A stretch of DNA of 64,000 bases, from positions 1-64,000 of the IMG/VR virus record IMGVR_UViG_3300030060_002561; one strand, written 5' to 3'. Source of the stretch: a virus (lineage: Duplodnaviria > Caudoviricetes). Of this stretch, positions 37,990 to 48,700 are shown one piece after another (the first letter of the stretch is position 1; every line of letters starts with the position of its first letter). The notes under the pieces were generated by a model, which searched no databases, was not told the DNA's origin, and was given only the letters and a program-made list of their open reading frames with translations. Both the position numbers and the translations under genes were made by a program.

Positions 37990-40143
37990 CTACTCTTCTT
38001 CTTTACTAGGCGGAGAGAGAGGCGGTAAATCAAACTCTCTATCGGTGTCGAATGGTATCTCTTCTGTAGTGGCGATATCTTCTACACGTTCTAATGCGAC
38101 ATCAGATATTCTCCTACTCTTCCCTATGTGTCGTAGGACAGCATATAGGAATTCTATCATTTCAATATCAGATGCTAATTCATCTGTCTTACCATCATCA
38201 TAGTCATTACGCAATTTCTCTATTACCTTGAATAGTAATTTTCTGTAAGTGTTACCTGCGCTACCTCGTAGTGGAAGTTGCTTATCTTCCCCAGATATGA
38301 ATTGCTTTACTTCCTTCATCATCTCGGACAACGTGTATTCCTTTCTTCTAGGCTTACCCCCTTCTTGGTCGAACCTAGTTAACTTGAAGTCTGGAGTTGA
38401 GAATTCTTCTAACTCAGAAAGTATCTGCCCTTGTGTCCTTCTATCGGGAAGTATTCTCTTTTTGTTCTTGTTGAGTATCTCTGGAATTAACTCAAGCGTA
38501 CTCCTACCTGCGTATGTCTTGTATGCAGGTTCGCCTGTTTTCTTGTTTACCCACCTTTTCGTCTTAGCATCCCACTTGCTATCATTGTAATTTTCTATCA
38601 ATGCATCTCTTGCTGTTCGGGCCAACTTCTTATTTCCTCTAGTGAGAAACTTTTGTATAAGAATCAGATTGTCTGCGCTTATTTTTGAAAGTGCTTCACC
38701 TGCTGTTTTTTCATTGCCTTCTGCATGGTTCTTGAGAATTCTTGCTAGTGTTCTACCAAGTTGGTCTTGTCGCTCTCTCTTTTCCTTGGCTGCTTTCTTT
38801 CCCTTTACACCAATTCCAGCAGTAACATCCAAAACCTCGCTCTCCAAGGTAGGTGCTTGTTCGACAGATAGGATGTTGAATACTTCATCGAAGAAGTTCT
38901 TTACTCTTTGATAGAGTTCTGAGACTTTCCCGGCAACTGGGCCAGTTCTTCTAGTGACCTTGCTACCAATCTTCTGCTTGGGTTGGTCTTTACCCGGTTC
39001 TGGAGCATCTCTCAACATAGCCTCTCTGATGTCCTCTCTTTCCTTTGGTGTCTCACCAAGCATCTCAAGCAGTTTCTTATCCGCATTCAATTTGTTGAAA
39101 GTCCAAGTCCTTTCGACTATGGTTCCTTCTTCTGTAGTGTTGTGTGTATCAGATACTTCCTTTGTTTCTTCCTCAGAAGACAGTCCTAGGTCACTTGCAT
39201 ATTTCTTGAGTCTTCTTGTGCTGATGCCGGGTACTCGGAAATCATCTCCAGTAGGTGCTTGAACGGTTATCTCCCTAGTTGGGGTTTTCTCTTCATCATC
39301 ACCTTCTATCGTCATCGTGTGTGGTTCTCTCTTTCTTTGGAATAGGAGAATCTCTGGAATCTTTCCTCCTGCCTCATCGAACTTGTCAAGGAGCGTTCTC
39401 ATTACTGACATGTCTTCCTGTGTATATTTCTCGGAAGTCTTAGGCATCTGCATGGGAATTGGTTTTCCTTCCTCATCTGTTCCCCTTTCCTCTCTCTGTC
39501 TTGCAGATTCTCGTTCTTGCTCGGATACCTCTGCGTCTGTGAGTTCTCTTGGTTCTTGGTAACCAACCCCCTTCAATGCCTCAGATACTGCCTTGTCATA
39601 ATCCTTGACAACTGCTTGGAATTGTCTTCGATGTTGACTTCTAAGTTTACCTCGACCACCAGCCTCCTTGAATTCCTTTCCAGTTGGTCGCATTCGTTGA
39701 GAAGTTGGCCCACCAGTTACCATGATGTTTCTAGTGAATGGGTTCTTGATACCTAATTCAACTGCAATTCCATCAGCACTCTCTTCTGCCGTAAACAGAT
39801 TTCTTGTCCAAGAATCTAATCCGCCCATGATATCGTCTGAATACCAAACCCAAACTTGTAGCCACGAATCATCTATGTCCTTTCCTAAACTATCATAGGC
39901 ACTTTCTATCTCACGCTGACTGATTCTTTCTCTTTCCTTATCCTTTTGTTTGTATCCAACTTGACCGAATAACACTCTTGTTTCTGGTGGTTTAACCTTC
40001 TTCTTCGGTTTCTCTTCTGGTTTCTTTTCTTCGGGTCGTTCGGCTCTTTGCTCATATGTACCATCATCCTTGATACCTAACATTTCTCTCAAACGTGCCG
40101 CATCATCTTCCGCGTCTTTCCTTAGAATATCCATGAAAGACAA
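37990..40143 (-). CDS. Large K/E/R-rich hypothetical protein (probable start TTG, MSFMDILRK)
   Basis: GAGGTGA SD precedes an in-frame TTG at 40143; the ORF-track start (40227) overlaps the upstream gene. Confidence 0.65.
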   Translation of the reverse strand: MSFMDILRKDAEDDAARLREMLGIKDDGTYEQRAERPEEKKPEEKPKKKVKPPETRVLFGQVGYKQKDKERERISQREIESAYDSLGKDIDDSWLQVWVWYSDDIMGGLDSWTRNLFTAEESADGIAVELGIKNPFTRNIMVTGGPTSQRMRPTGKEFKEAGGRGKLRSQHRRQFQAVVKDYDKAVSEALKGVGYQEPRELTDAEVSEQERESARQREERGTDEEGKPIPMQMPKTSEKYTQEDMSVMRTLLDKFDEAGGKIPEILLFQRKREPHTMTIEGDDEEKTPTREITVQAPTGDDFRVPGISTRRLKKYASDLGLSSEEETKEVSDTHNTTEEGTIVERTWTFNKLNADKKLLEMLGETPKEREDIREAMLRDAPEPGKDQPKQKIGSKVTRRTGPVAGKVSELYQRVKNFFDEVFNILSVEQAPTLESEVLDVTAGIGVKGKKAAKEKRERQDQLGRTLARILKNHAEGNEKTAGEALSKISADNLILIQKFLTRGNKKLARTARDALIENYNDSKWDAKTKRWVNKKTGEPAYKTYAGRSTLELIPEILNKNKKRILPDRRTQGQILSELEEFSTPDFKLTRFDQEGGKPRRKEYTLSEMMKEVKQFISGEDKQLPLRGSAGNTYRKLLFKVIEKLRNDYDDGKTDELASDIEMIEFLYAVLRHIGKSRRISDVALERVEDIATTEEIPFDTDREFDLPPLSPPSKEEE

Positions 40144-40153
40144 CTTGCTCACC

Positions 40154-40390
40154 TCAGAATGGTATGTTTTCCTTTCTTCCCTTGCTTTTCTTAGGTAGTA
40201 TAACGACATCTGGAATCTCGGAAGCATTAGGTATCTTCTTCTCGACAGTAGAATCCTTGTCGATGCCTACACCAAGAGAGTAGTCTCTACTCTTGTTCTT
40301 CTCGATGCGAGCATCATGCTCGTTCTTCTGCGCTATCCTTGCTTGCTTCAGTTCTCTTTCCAGTTCCCTTACTCCTTTTTCTTCACTCAT
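40154..40390 (-). CDS. Hypothetical protein (78 aa)
   Basis: AGGTGA SD before MSEEKG; charged helix; ends ENIPF. Confidence 0.6.
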   Translation of the reverse strand: MSEEKGVRELERELKQARIAQKNEHDARIEKNKSRDYSLGVGIDKDSTVEKKIPNASEIPDVVILPKKSKGRKENIPF

Positions 40391-40505
40391 CTTTCTCACC
40401 TTTGTCCTTAACTGCGTCTTTCATTGATTCTTTCTTGTCGCCGTCATCATCTATGTCAATGTAATCAGGCTTGATATTCTTTCTTAGTATTTCTTTCCAT
40501 TCCAT
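40383..40505 (-). CDS. 40-aa microprotein: W-tag plus EF-hand-like loop (not in ORF track)
   Basis: MEWKEILRKNIKPDYIDIDDDGDKKESMKDAVKDKGEKDE; GGAGG SD. Confidence 0.6.
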   Translation of the reverse strand: MEWKEILRKNIKPDYIDIDDDGDKKESMKDAVKDKGEKDE

Positions 40506-40606
40506 ATTCCTTCCTCCACAAATAATCTAATTCTTTCATCTGTCTCTTCATTTAGTTTGTCAATTTCTTCTTTCCATTTTCTTGCGACTTCAAGCAATCT
40601 GCTCAA
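40484..40606 (-). CDS. Possible 40-aa helical microprotein
   Basis: TTG overlapping the portal stop; reads MSRLLEVARKWKEEIDKLNEETDERIRLFVEEGIWNGKKY and fills the gap. Confidence 0.4.
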   Translation of the reverse strand: MSRLLEVARKWKEEIDKLNEETDERIRLFVEEGIWNGKKY

Positions 40607-42252
40607 CCGACTCGCCTCTCTGTCCTTTTATCCACGTTTTCATTACCTGCTTCTCTAGGTAATCCGCTAAATCTCTTGTCTGGACCTTTGTTCATAGATG
40701 GCTTGTTTCTCGATTTTACCTCTGCGGGTTGACCTGCCTCTGCCATTGTTGGCTTGTTTCCAGACTCCATCATCTGTCCTAGTTGTGATTGGTCAATGTT
40801 AGTACCTGCGTATGGGTCTAGTTCTATTGGTGCATCTCCATCACCCTTAGCACCTTCTTGTTCTTTTGGCTCTGGCTTGAAGTAGTTGAATCTACCTTCA
40901 TCATCCATGTCAACCTCAAATCCTAGATTCTTAATTGCCGCCGCAACGTTAACCTCAATCTCCCTCTTCCTCAACTTAGCAATTTCATCCTCTTCTTCGG
41001 AAGGTGGTAACTTGAGAGTCCAGTCTGTAATTCCAAACTGCTTGACCATGAAGGGAAACACATAGTTGTTCCAGATAGTTTGAGCCATCTCTACTGCTCG
41101 ATTGGTAACTAGTATCTGCATACCCTCGTTGTTCAATCCACCACTTGCGGAATTGTCTGCCATGAAGATTTTACTCACACCGTAGAATGCTGAGATTCTA
41201 TCACGTAGTTCGTCTTTGACGGCAATGTAATCCATCTCCTTCAAACTGTCCATGAATTTGACCCACTCTACAGAGCCTTTGCCGTTCTCTGCTTCTACGC
41301 CCATGACTGGAATAAAGTGAGGGTCAACTTCCATCTTCTCCTTTACACTACGCCAGAACGACTTCATCGAATCTATGTTTCTGGTTTGTACTGCCAACAA
41401 TCCTCTTGGCATTCTAGCCTTGGTGTATGATGAGTTAACGTAGTTCTCCATTGCCATCAAGGTCGTTACCATGTTCCAGAGAGTAAGAATCGGTGAGACA
41501 CCATACAGCCTAGATGGTGAATACTTGCTGAAGTGTACAACCTCTCCTTCTATGAAATACTGCTCTTCACCATTTGCCCTGTTAACATAATGAACAGGAT
41601 GTAAAGCAGAATTACAGTGTTCGCAAAGGTCGGATGCTTCTTCGGAAATGTGATTCCTGTGTTTTAGACATGTGAATCCCTTTACTCCCCTTTCACCAAC
41701 CTCATTTGAATAGATGTGCATAGTTACAGGGTCACCTCGATACAATTCCTTTATTCTGTGCATCTTGATACAATTTGTGTTATCCATGTAGTATTCCTTT
41801 ACTAGCACTAAGTATGCATCATCCATTATGTTCAAGTCATCCTCTAGTTCTTTCAGAACGTCAATGAATAATTGTTCGGACTTGTTGACATATCCTTCTA
41901 GAAATTTATGAGCATAATCTAATTGTGCTTTGTCTGGCTTCTGTAAGTTTGCAGAACCACATGACTTACATTCCTTGACTGGACTCTCATGCTTCTCACC
42001 ACAATCACCACACTTGAGAACAAATGCTTCTTCCCACTTGTATCCCCTTCGGAATATCTCTTGCTTTAGTTGGGTGATGCAAGTCCTAACTATTGTGGAT
42101 TGCTTTGCTAGTGAGTATATGACTGGACTCGTTAGAAAATAAGATGTGTCTTTTTCTTGAATTCCCGGATTGTATATTGTCCTGTCCTGTGGTTTAGGTG
42201 TTGATTGCCTAAACAAATTGAATATGCTGAATCTTCTCTTTTCTTCTGTCAT
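40603..42252 (-). CDS. Portal protein with zinc-ribbon insertions
   Basis: LEDDLNIMDDAYL, EVVHF..SRLYGVSP, MPRGLL, EMDY..KDELRDRISAFYGV portal motifs; CGDC..CKSC and CLKH..CEHC inserts. Confidence 0.88.
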   Translation of the reverse strand: MTEEKRRFSIFNLFRQSTPKPQDRTIYNPGIQEKDTSYFLTSPVIYSLAKQSTIVRTCITQLKQEIFRRGYKWEEAFVLKCGDCGEKHESPVKECKSCGSANLQKPDKAQLDYAHKFLEGYVNKSEQLFIDVLKELEDDLNIMDDAYLVLVKEYYMDNTNCIKMHRIKELYRGDPVTMHIYSNEVGERGVKGFTCLKHRNHISEEASDLCEHCNSALHPVHYVNRANGEEQYFIEGEVVHFSKYSPSRLYGVSPILTLWNMVTTLMAMENYVNSSYTKARMPRGLLAVQTRNIDSMKSFWRSVKEKMEVDPHFIPVMGVEAENGKGSVEWVKFMDSLKEMDYIAVKDELRDRISAFYGVSKIFMADNSASGGLNNEGMQILVTNRAVEMAQTIWNNYVFPFMVKQFGITDWTLKLPPSEEEDEIAKLRKREIEVNVAAAIKNLGFEVDMDDEGRFNYFKPEPKEQEGAKGDGDAPIELDPYAGTNIDQSQLGQMMESGNKPTMAEAGQPAEVKSRNKPSMNKGPDKRFSGLPREAGNENVDKRTERRVG

Positions 42253-42253
42253 G

Positions 42254-43720
42254 TCACTCCTTCTCCATTACTTTGTGTTCAAACAGATAATCCGATGCAT
42301 CATCTACTGAACTCCATTCATCTTCGGATAAATCATGCTCTTCAGCAATCTCTTCCAAGTCGTCTATGGCATCATCCACATCAGACGACTTCAAGATACC
42401 TTCTATCTTATCCATTTCGTTCATCTTAGAATTGCCATAGAGTTTCTCTATGCTATTGACATCAATATCAAACTCTGACCAGTTAAAGCCAACGTGGTCT
42501 TTGTGGTTCTCGTACTTCATCAACTTGAATAGTTCCTCTTTTCTTGCCTTGTACCAATCAGCCTTCTTGTGAGACTTCTTCATTCTTACTAACTCAAGAA
42601 GTATCTCCGCATTGCCCTTCTTCATCTTGAAGTGTGGAAGACACTTTGTTAGCAACTCTGTGACATCAGCCGCAGAGTAGAAGTTCAGCCTGTTCACTGG
42701 TCTGGTATTCTGTGGTGATTTCTGGTCTAGATGTAATCTACCGCACCCAAGGGATTTATGCATCTCCATCATGAATGCCTTTCCCCTATCTCCTGTAGCA
42801 ACCAATCCAACTCTAGGATTGAAGTTCCTATCCATTGTAATGTATCCATCCGAATCTATGAAAGCGGCAGTATAGGCATAGATGTCTTTCTTGATATCAT
42901 CTGATAACTTGTAGAATGCACCATCCACCTGTGTTATGTTATTGACCTTCGCTATCTTTGAGATGATAGTTGGACTAGATTTCTTGAATAGATTCTTAGG
43001 GAGTCTCTCATGTATTTGTCTAGAAGAAATACCGGGTTCCTCTGAAACCGACTTTACTATGTGGTCTGCTAGAACATCCTTCTGATTCTCACGATGAATA
43101 TGATTCTTGATAATCTGCTTGAACTCTCTCTTGGATGCAGTCATCGACTTGCTTAACTCTCCATATCCCTTCTGATATTCTACCATGTTGAAGTCTTGCC
43201 TGTCTTCCCAATACTTACAAAGAACATCTACCAATTTTCTTCTAGTAGTAACATCTTGAATCTTTGATAGTTTCAAGAGATTGTCCTCACTACAGTTCAT
43301 CTCCTTGAGTACGGGCTTGTACTTTGCTATCCAATAGATTTCATCTATTGATTTGTCTAAGTGGTCTGAATACGCTTCAATCAAACCATCAATTGATTTT
43401 GTGATAGCCAGCCTTGGTTCTCCTTTCAATGACCTTCTGTACTTTCTGAGACTCTTAATCATCTGAGGAATGTCCTGTCCCTCTATCTCATACTTGTTAA
43501 CTGAATTCTTCAGCATCTTCTTTGCATCTGTTAGTGATATCTCAAACTCCCTAGCAAAATTTTTCTCGATGGAGAAGTGGTCATCTAGTGAAACTGTGAG
43601 AAGCCATTGCTTCTGAGTTCCATCCAAGTCGTCAATTAGAGTCTGTTGCTCTTGCTCCAACTCTTCTTGCTCATCAGCGAGTTGTGCCGCTTCTCTGAAT
43701 TTATCACCTTTAACACCCAT
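42254..43720 (-). CDS. Helical/wHTH protein fused to a single LAGLIDADG endonuclease-like domain
   Basis: YAYTAAFIDSDGYI...MHKSLGCGRL...LLTKCLPHFKMKK; upstream wHTH-like KSVSEEPGISSRQIHERL. Confidence 0.8.
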   Translation of the reverse strand: MGVKGDKFREAAQLADEQEELEQEQQTLIDDLDGTQKQWLLTVSLDDHFSIEKNFAREFEISLTDAKKMLKNSVNKYEIEGQDIPQMIKSLRKYRRSLKGEPRLAITKSIDGLIEAYSDHLDKSIDEIYWIAKYKPVLKEMNCSEDNLLKLSKIQDVTTRRKLVDVLCKYWEDRQDFNMVEYQKGYGELSKSMTASKREFKQIIKNHIHRENQKDVLADHIVKSVSEEPGISSRQIHERLPKNLFKKSSPTIISKIAKVNNITQVDGAFYKLSDDIKKDIYAYTAAFIDSDGYITMDRNFNPRVGLVATGDRGKAFMMEMHKSLGCGRLHLDQKSPQNTRPVNRLNFYSAADVTELLTKCLPHFKMKKGNAEILLELVRMKKSHKKADWYKARKEELFKLMKYENHKDHVGFNWSEFDIDVNSIEKLYGNSKMNEMDKIEGILKSSDVDDAIDDLEEIAEEHDLSEDEWSSVDDASDYLFEHKVMEKE

Positions 43721-43731
43721 TTTTTCACCCC

Positions 43732-45171
43732 CTAGAAGTTCAACCCAAGTATTCCGTTACGGGGATTGTTAATTGTTGTTGTGGGGTCTTCAAAGATGTC
43801 CATGTCATCTAATAGCATGAAAACCTCACCTTGATGTTGTGATGCGGCATTGGCTAGAGCGAGGCTCATAACCAAGTCATCGTGCGCTCCCACACCTTCA
43901 AACTTACCAGAGTGAGTAATGGAGAACATAGACAGTTCCTCTACTATCATGTTGCTAATCCGTCTACTTGCGGCATCAGCATACGGTAAATGCAACTTTT
44001 CATTTTCTATATTCATCTGCAATGCAAGAATTATCTCTTGCTTGTTCTTTCTAGTTGTATTGAAATCTCTTATGTTCAAGTCGGAGATGCTTCTCAACTC
44101 CTGCGTAAATGCTTTGGCAAATGTATTCGTTTCATAGAGAATCTCTTCTGGTTGGAATATCTGTCCAATCAATCTTATCTTCTCTATGTTCTCTCTGAAC
44201 TCAACGTTCTTCGCTCTGTCAACATGAACGATTATCTTGTTCTTATTCTCATCGACCTCTAGAACTGTGATGACGTTATAATCACCATCTGTTGATATTG
44301 CAGGGTCAACACCAACGTAATACTTGTAGCCTTTGTCTTTCCTATTTCCTAGTTTTAACACGTAGTCCTTGTTCTTACATTTCTCTACAAATTCGGGATT
44401 GAATAATGCAGTTCCAGTGGAAATGGGGACACAAAGGTACTCCCTTGTAAATTTCAAAGAACCTATCTCAGCCTTCCTTTGCATAAGAGCATCATAGTCC
44501 CAACGCTCCGGCCACAATGGTTCATTCAAGGAATTCAAACACGGATACTTTCTAACAGTGTATGCTTCATTATCCTCTAACTGTGCAAAGATATCTGTGT
44601 ATGTGAAAGGCGTACCAATCATTCTGAGATTAGAAGTATGGTGTAGTGTAGGTATCATGTCACCGAAGAACCAATCAGTTACTCTTTGGATAGCAGATAG
44701 GCTGAACTCCTTCAAGGGGTCGTCAATGATGATTTCCTGTGGGTGAAGACCACGAATCTGAGAACCAACGGAACGCTCTAGAATCGCGTTGCCATTGGTT
44801 AGTTGAATGTTACCAATAGCCCATCCTCTACTCGGTCTAAATTTCTTAAGTGATGGATGATTGAAGTATCTGTCAATCTCCCTCATGTGAACTAGAGTCT
44901 GCTTCTGGTTCGATGAGATGTATAGCATCTGATATGGCGGCTCTTGGAAGACTAGATTCCATACCACCCAACAATGCATGAAGACAGACTTGCCGTGGTC
45001 ACGACTACATACAATGACTGTTCTATCTGTACCTTGCATGGTTTCCAACCACTCTTCCATGTACTTCGGAAACATCATTCCCAAAACATTCTGGAAGAAG
45101 TAGGGAAACGATGTCTTGGATATCTCCATATCCATCTCTGAAACGAAATCTAAACCTTCCATATCAGACAT
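43732..45171 (-). CDS. terL: Terminase large subunit
   Basis: Walker A SRDHGKS, RGLHP-IIIDD Walker B, IGTP coupling motif, nuclease VGVDPA...HDDLVMS. Confidence 0.95.
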   Translation of the reverse strand: MSDMEGLDFVSEMDMEISKTSFPYFFQNVLGMMFPKYMEEWLETMQGTDRTVIVCSRDHGKSVFMHCWVVWNLVFQEPPYQMLYISSNQKQTLVHMREIDRYFNHPSLKKFRPSRGWAIGNIQLTNGNAILERSVGSQIRGLHPQEIIIDDPLKEFSLSAIQRVTDWFFGDMIPTLHHTSNLRMIGTPFTYTDIFAQLEDNEAYTVRKYPCLNSLNEPLWPERWDYDALMQRKAEIGSLKFTREYLCVPISTGTALFNPEFVEKCKNKDYVLKLGNRKDKGYKYYVGVDPAISTDGDYNVITVLEVDENKNKIIVHVDRAKNVEFRENIEKIRLIGQIFQPEEILYETNTFAKAFTQELRSISDLNIRDFNTTRKNKQEIILALQMNIENEKLHLPYADAASRRISNMIVEELSMFSITHSGKFEGVGAHDDLVMSLALANAASQHQGEVFMLLDDMDIFEDPTTTINNPRNGILGLNF

Positions 45172-45703
45172 GTCTTCTCAACACCTGCATCCACTTTGAC
45201 ACACCCCAATCATCTACGTTATCTAGATGCGCGATTCGCTCATTCATGAACGCCAAGACATCATCTGGAATTACCTCATCAGTTTCTGGCTTGTCCAATG
45301 TAAGTCCAGATTTTTGTCTCATGGTAGAGAAACCTGCGATTCTTGGCATTCCACGAATTCCTTCTAATGCCTTCTCTCGTATACCTCTCATTAATCCCCT
45401 ACCTCGATAGTCGGGATGTGTCTTTGCCCCACCGAAGTATGCGTATGGTTTACCTTCCTTCCCCTCTCTAACTGCATGACCTATTACAGATACGAGTCTG
45501 CTCTTGTCACCTTCTCTCACGATTGTCCCAAACCAGTTTTCTACTGGATACTTCCACTTGTCATTAGAACGCATCTCATGTTGCATGTCTGGATTACTTG
45601 CATCCCACAATTCCTTCATGTCTTCCTCTGAGCCAATCTGAACATCTACCTGTTCTTGTCCTTGGGACAAATCTCTCAGTCTTGGATGGAACTTTCTAAT
45701 CAA
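45164..45703 (-). CDS. GNAT-family acetyltransferase
   Basis: Acetyl-CoA motif A: AKTHPDYRGRGLMR. Confidence 0.75.
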   Translation of the reverse strand: MIRKFHPRLRDLSQGQEQVDVQIGSEEDMKELWDASNPDMQHEMRSNDKWKYPVENWFGTIVREGDKSRLVSVIGHAVREGKEGKPYAYFGGAKTHPDYRGRGLMRGIREKALEGIRGMPRIAGFSTMRQKSGLTLDKPETDEVIPDDVLAFMNERIAHLDNVDDWGVSKWMQVLRRHV

Positions 45704-45707
45704 CTAA

Positions 45708-48700
45708 TCACCTGAAATTCGCTTTGAGATAATAGACACTATCAGAAGGAACTCCATATTTCTTAGCAAGTGACTCCATAGAATCAAATTCATTGACAAT
45801 GTTCTCAATCTCTACTGCTGAGATGTCTACATTGTAAGACTTCACTAGCGTATCTTGTGCCTTGGCTATATGTCCGAAGTCATCTAGATTGGATGTTCCA
45901 TAGTAAATTGGCTTACCTAGCATCTTTCTTATCCCATCATGTGCGGCAAGAACCCTCATCTCTTCAATGCTCTTCGTAATGTTGAATCTCTCTCTGATTT
46001 CATTGAAGACCTGTAGTGCCTCTCTAAGTTCCGAGTCATCACTACCTCTTCCCTTTTCTCTCAAGTATCTACCCTTGTCACTACCAGTGCCACTCTTGGA
46101 ACCCTTGCCAGAACCTCCGGCATTTCTCCTAACATGGTTAACAAATGAGATGAAGGGTGCGGCGGCTTTCCTTGGATTCTCCTTGTGTCTATCCTTCCAT
46201 ACTCTTGCAGGGGTATTCCAGAGAAGTATGTCCTCATAGCCATCGACATTGTTTCTCTTTGCCATATGGAAGAAGTACGAACCTAACTCTTCTTTCATTC
46301 TCTCCCCTAATGTCGATTTAGGACTTTGACCGAATACTCTAATCATTACATCCTTTTGTAAGTCTACTATTATACTCTTGAAGCCTTTCGCGTTTTCTGC
46401 GAAACTTGGTTCGGATAGGGTCTTCAAGACATCAGCGAAATCAATGATGTCTTCTCTATCAACGAACGTTCCATCTTCCTTCTCCTTCGCCATGACTGCG
46501 AACAGTCCATCATCTACCATTCCCTTCGTCAATGCACCAAACACACCCCCACTTGTTTGCTCACTAATGAATGAACTGTCATCATCGAAAGGCATGTACA
46601 TTCCCTCAATGGGTATGACATAATAATCAATGACTGCATCTAGCAAGTCATCGAATTCTCTTCTCACGGTTTGTATGTCGTTGAGATAGGATTCGTCATT
46701 GCTTCTGGCTGGGAAGATGGAGTCTATTCCCATTGGGTCTGTAGTAATTGCTTGTTGACTGGTCTTCGTTCTAACGCTACTTGATGGCCCAGACCTTCTA
46801 TCTCCCTTCTCCACGAACGATGCCATGAGTTCCAAGAATTGGCTAATGTTCTTCTTGTTAGTTTCCAGTCTTCTAGGAGATACTGCTTCTATGATTCTGA
46901 ACAGAGCCTTGCCCTTTGATTCCCTGCTCTTTCCTAGTATTATTTCTTCTAGGGTAGCAGATAGTGGAAGGTAGTATATCTGTCTAGTATCTCCTTGTGT
47001 AGCGACCTTGGAAAGAGACTCTATCCAATCGGTAATCCTTTCATCGTAATCCAAGTCCAAACCGAAGATGTTGGTTTCCAATCCTATCTTGAGTTTGTTT
47101 AGTTCGCGCTCTAAGATGGCGGTGTTCTTGAACGCGCTACCATCCTTGGAGAATGCATATGCGAATAATGGGTCAACATCTTCTGCCAATGCGTCAAAGT
47201 CAAACTTTTCTTTGGCTTCTATCAACTCATCTATTTCTCTAACTGTTTCCCCTATACTCTCAAGGTATCTTGCTTTCTCAGACTGTCTTGCCAACCTGTA
47301 CTGTGCGCCCGCGTCTTCGATAGGTCTTTTGCCGTCAGTACCTATCTCGGTTCTTGCTGATGCAGAAGTAGTCTCATCTTCTCCTTGTCCTCTCTGAGTC
47401 ACAGTAGTTCTTGTTTCATCTCTCTCTACCGCACCTATTTCCAGAAGTCTCTCTCGTAGAGTCTCCATGTCCAACTCGGTCTTTGACCCTGTATCTACTA
47501 GATTCATCTCTCGTAGGAATGTATCGAAGAGAGTCCTCACCTTATCAGATGAATCTTTAGCGGCGGCTTGCATAGGTGATGCCTTGAATGGCAAGACGTA
47601 ATTCATACCATCATCATATGCAGATTCAAATTTAGCATCAAACTCAAGGTACTCATCTATCAGTTCACTCAGAGGCTCATTCAGATTCTCCCCTTCGCCA
47701 ATGAGGATATCCTTGTGCTTGAGGAAAGCCTTTCTCAAATCATCATACTTGGTTTGAAGATTCTTGAAGTCCTTGGTGGCTACTCCTTCCCAATACTTGT
47801 AAATCTCATCTCTGCTCTCAAGGTCTGCTAGGTTCAAGTCACCAATGAGATATTCACCAGATATACTTGCTCTGGTAATTTTGATATCTGCTTCCTCATC
47901 CTCTTCTATGAATTGTCTAATCTGATTTGTCAGGGGTTCCAACTGAGATGAAGTCTGGTCTTCCATAACTCGTAGATGTTGCCTTGCCTGTGTCTTGTCC
48001 TCTGGTCTGTATACAAAACCACTAGCATCCCTCTCACCTTGCATTACCTGCTTTCTTTCTGAAACGCTCATTGGTTTGCTAGAAACCAAATTGATGAACC
48101 TACCAAGAACTCTTGTGACTGCTTGTACATCTCCCTCAAATGAACTTGTCAAATCTCCTGCCTTCATTCCCTTTTCGCCAGATAACTGAGTAACTGCATA
48201 TCTCAGTTGTTCTTCAAAGAGGCTCTTACCAATATTCGTTCCACGTAAGGTAGTTTTCAAAAGTGGCCTAATCGCATCTTTGAAGTCATCGAACAAAAGT
48301 CCCTTTGATTGTATATCTCTCACAGTTTCTCCAATATGTGGCTGAACGGTGTAATCCCCATCAACAGAGAGAATCAGTTTGCTCTCATCCTTCTTCGTGG
48401 AAGTAAAGCCATTGCTATCATCTATAAGATATCTGTAAAGTAGGTCTTTTTCCCTCTTATATTCCCTTTTCTTATTCTCCATGAGAACATCTAGTTCACC
48501 GTCTATCTGTTCACCAATCTGGGCTTGGAATACTGAATCTAGATTGTCACCAGTCAACTCTTGTCCTTTTGGCAAATCTTGCTTGATGTTCCTAGGATTA
48601 TACTTGCTACCGCCTTCCAGATACTCCTTCCCTATCTGAGCGAGATAAAAATCCTCAATTTCATCCATTGAGGACTTCAACCACATAGCAAACTCTGATT

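Noticed and set aside
42254-43720. Intein or group I intron in terL or portal
   Set aside because: TerL and portal are intact separate ORFs, and no Hint-domain C..HN splice motifs surround the LAGLIDADG domain.
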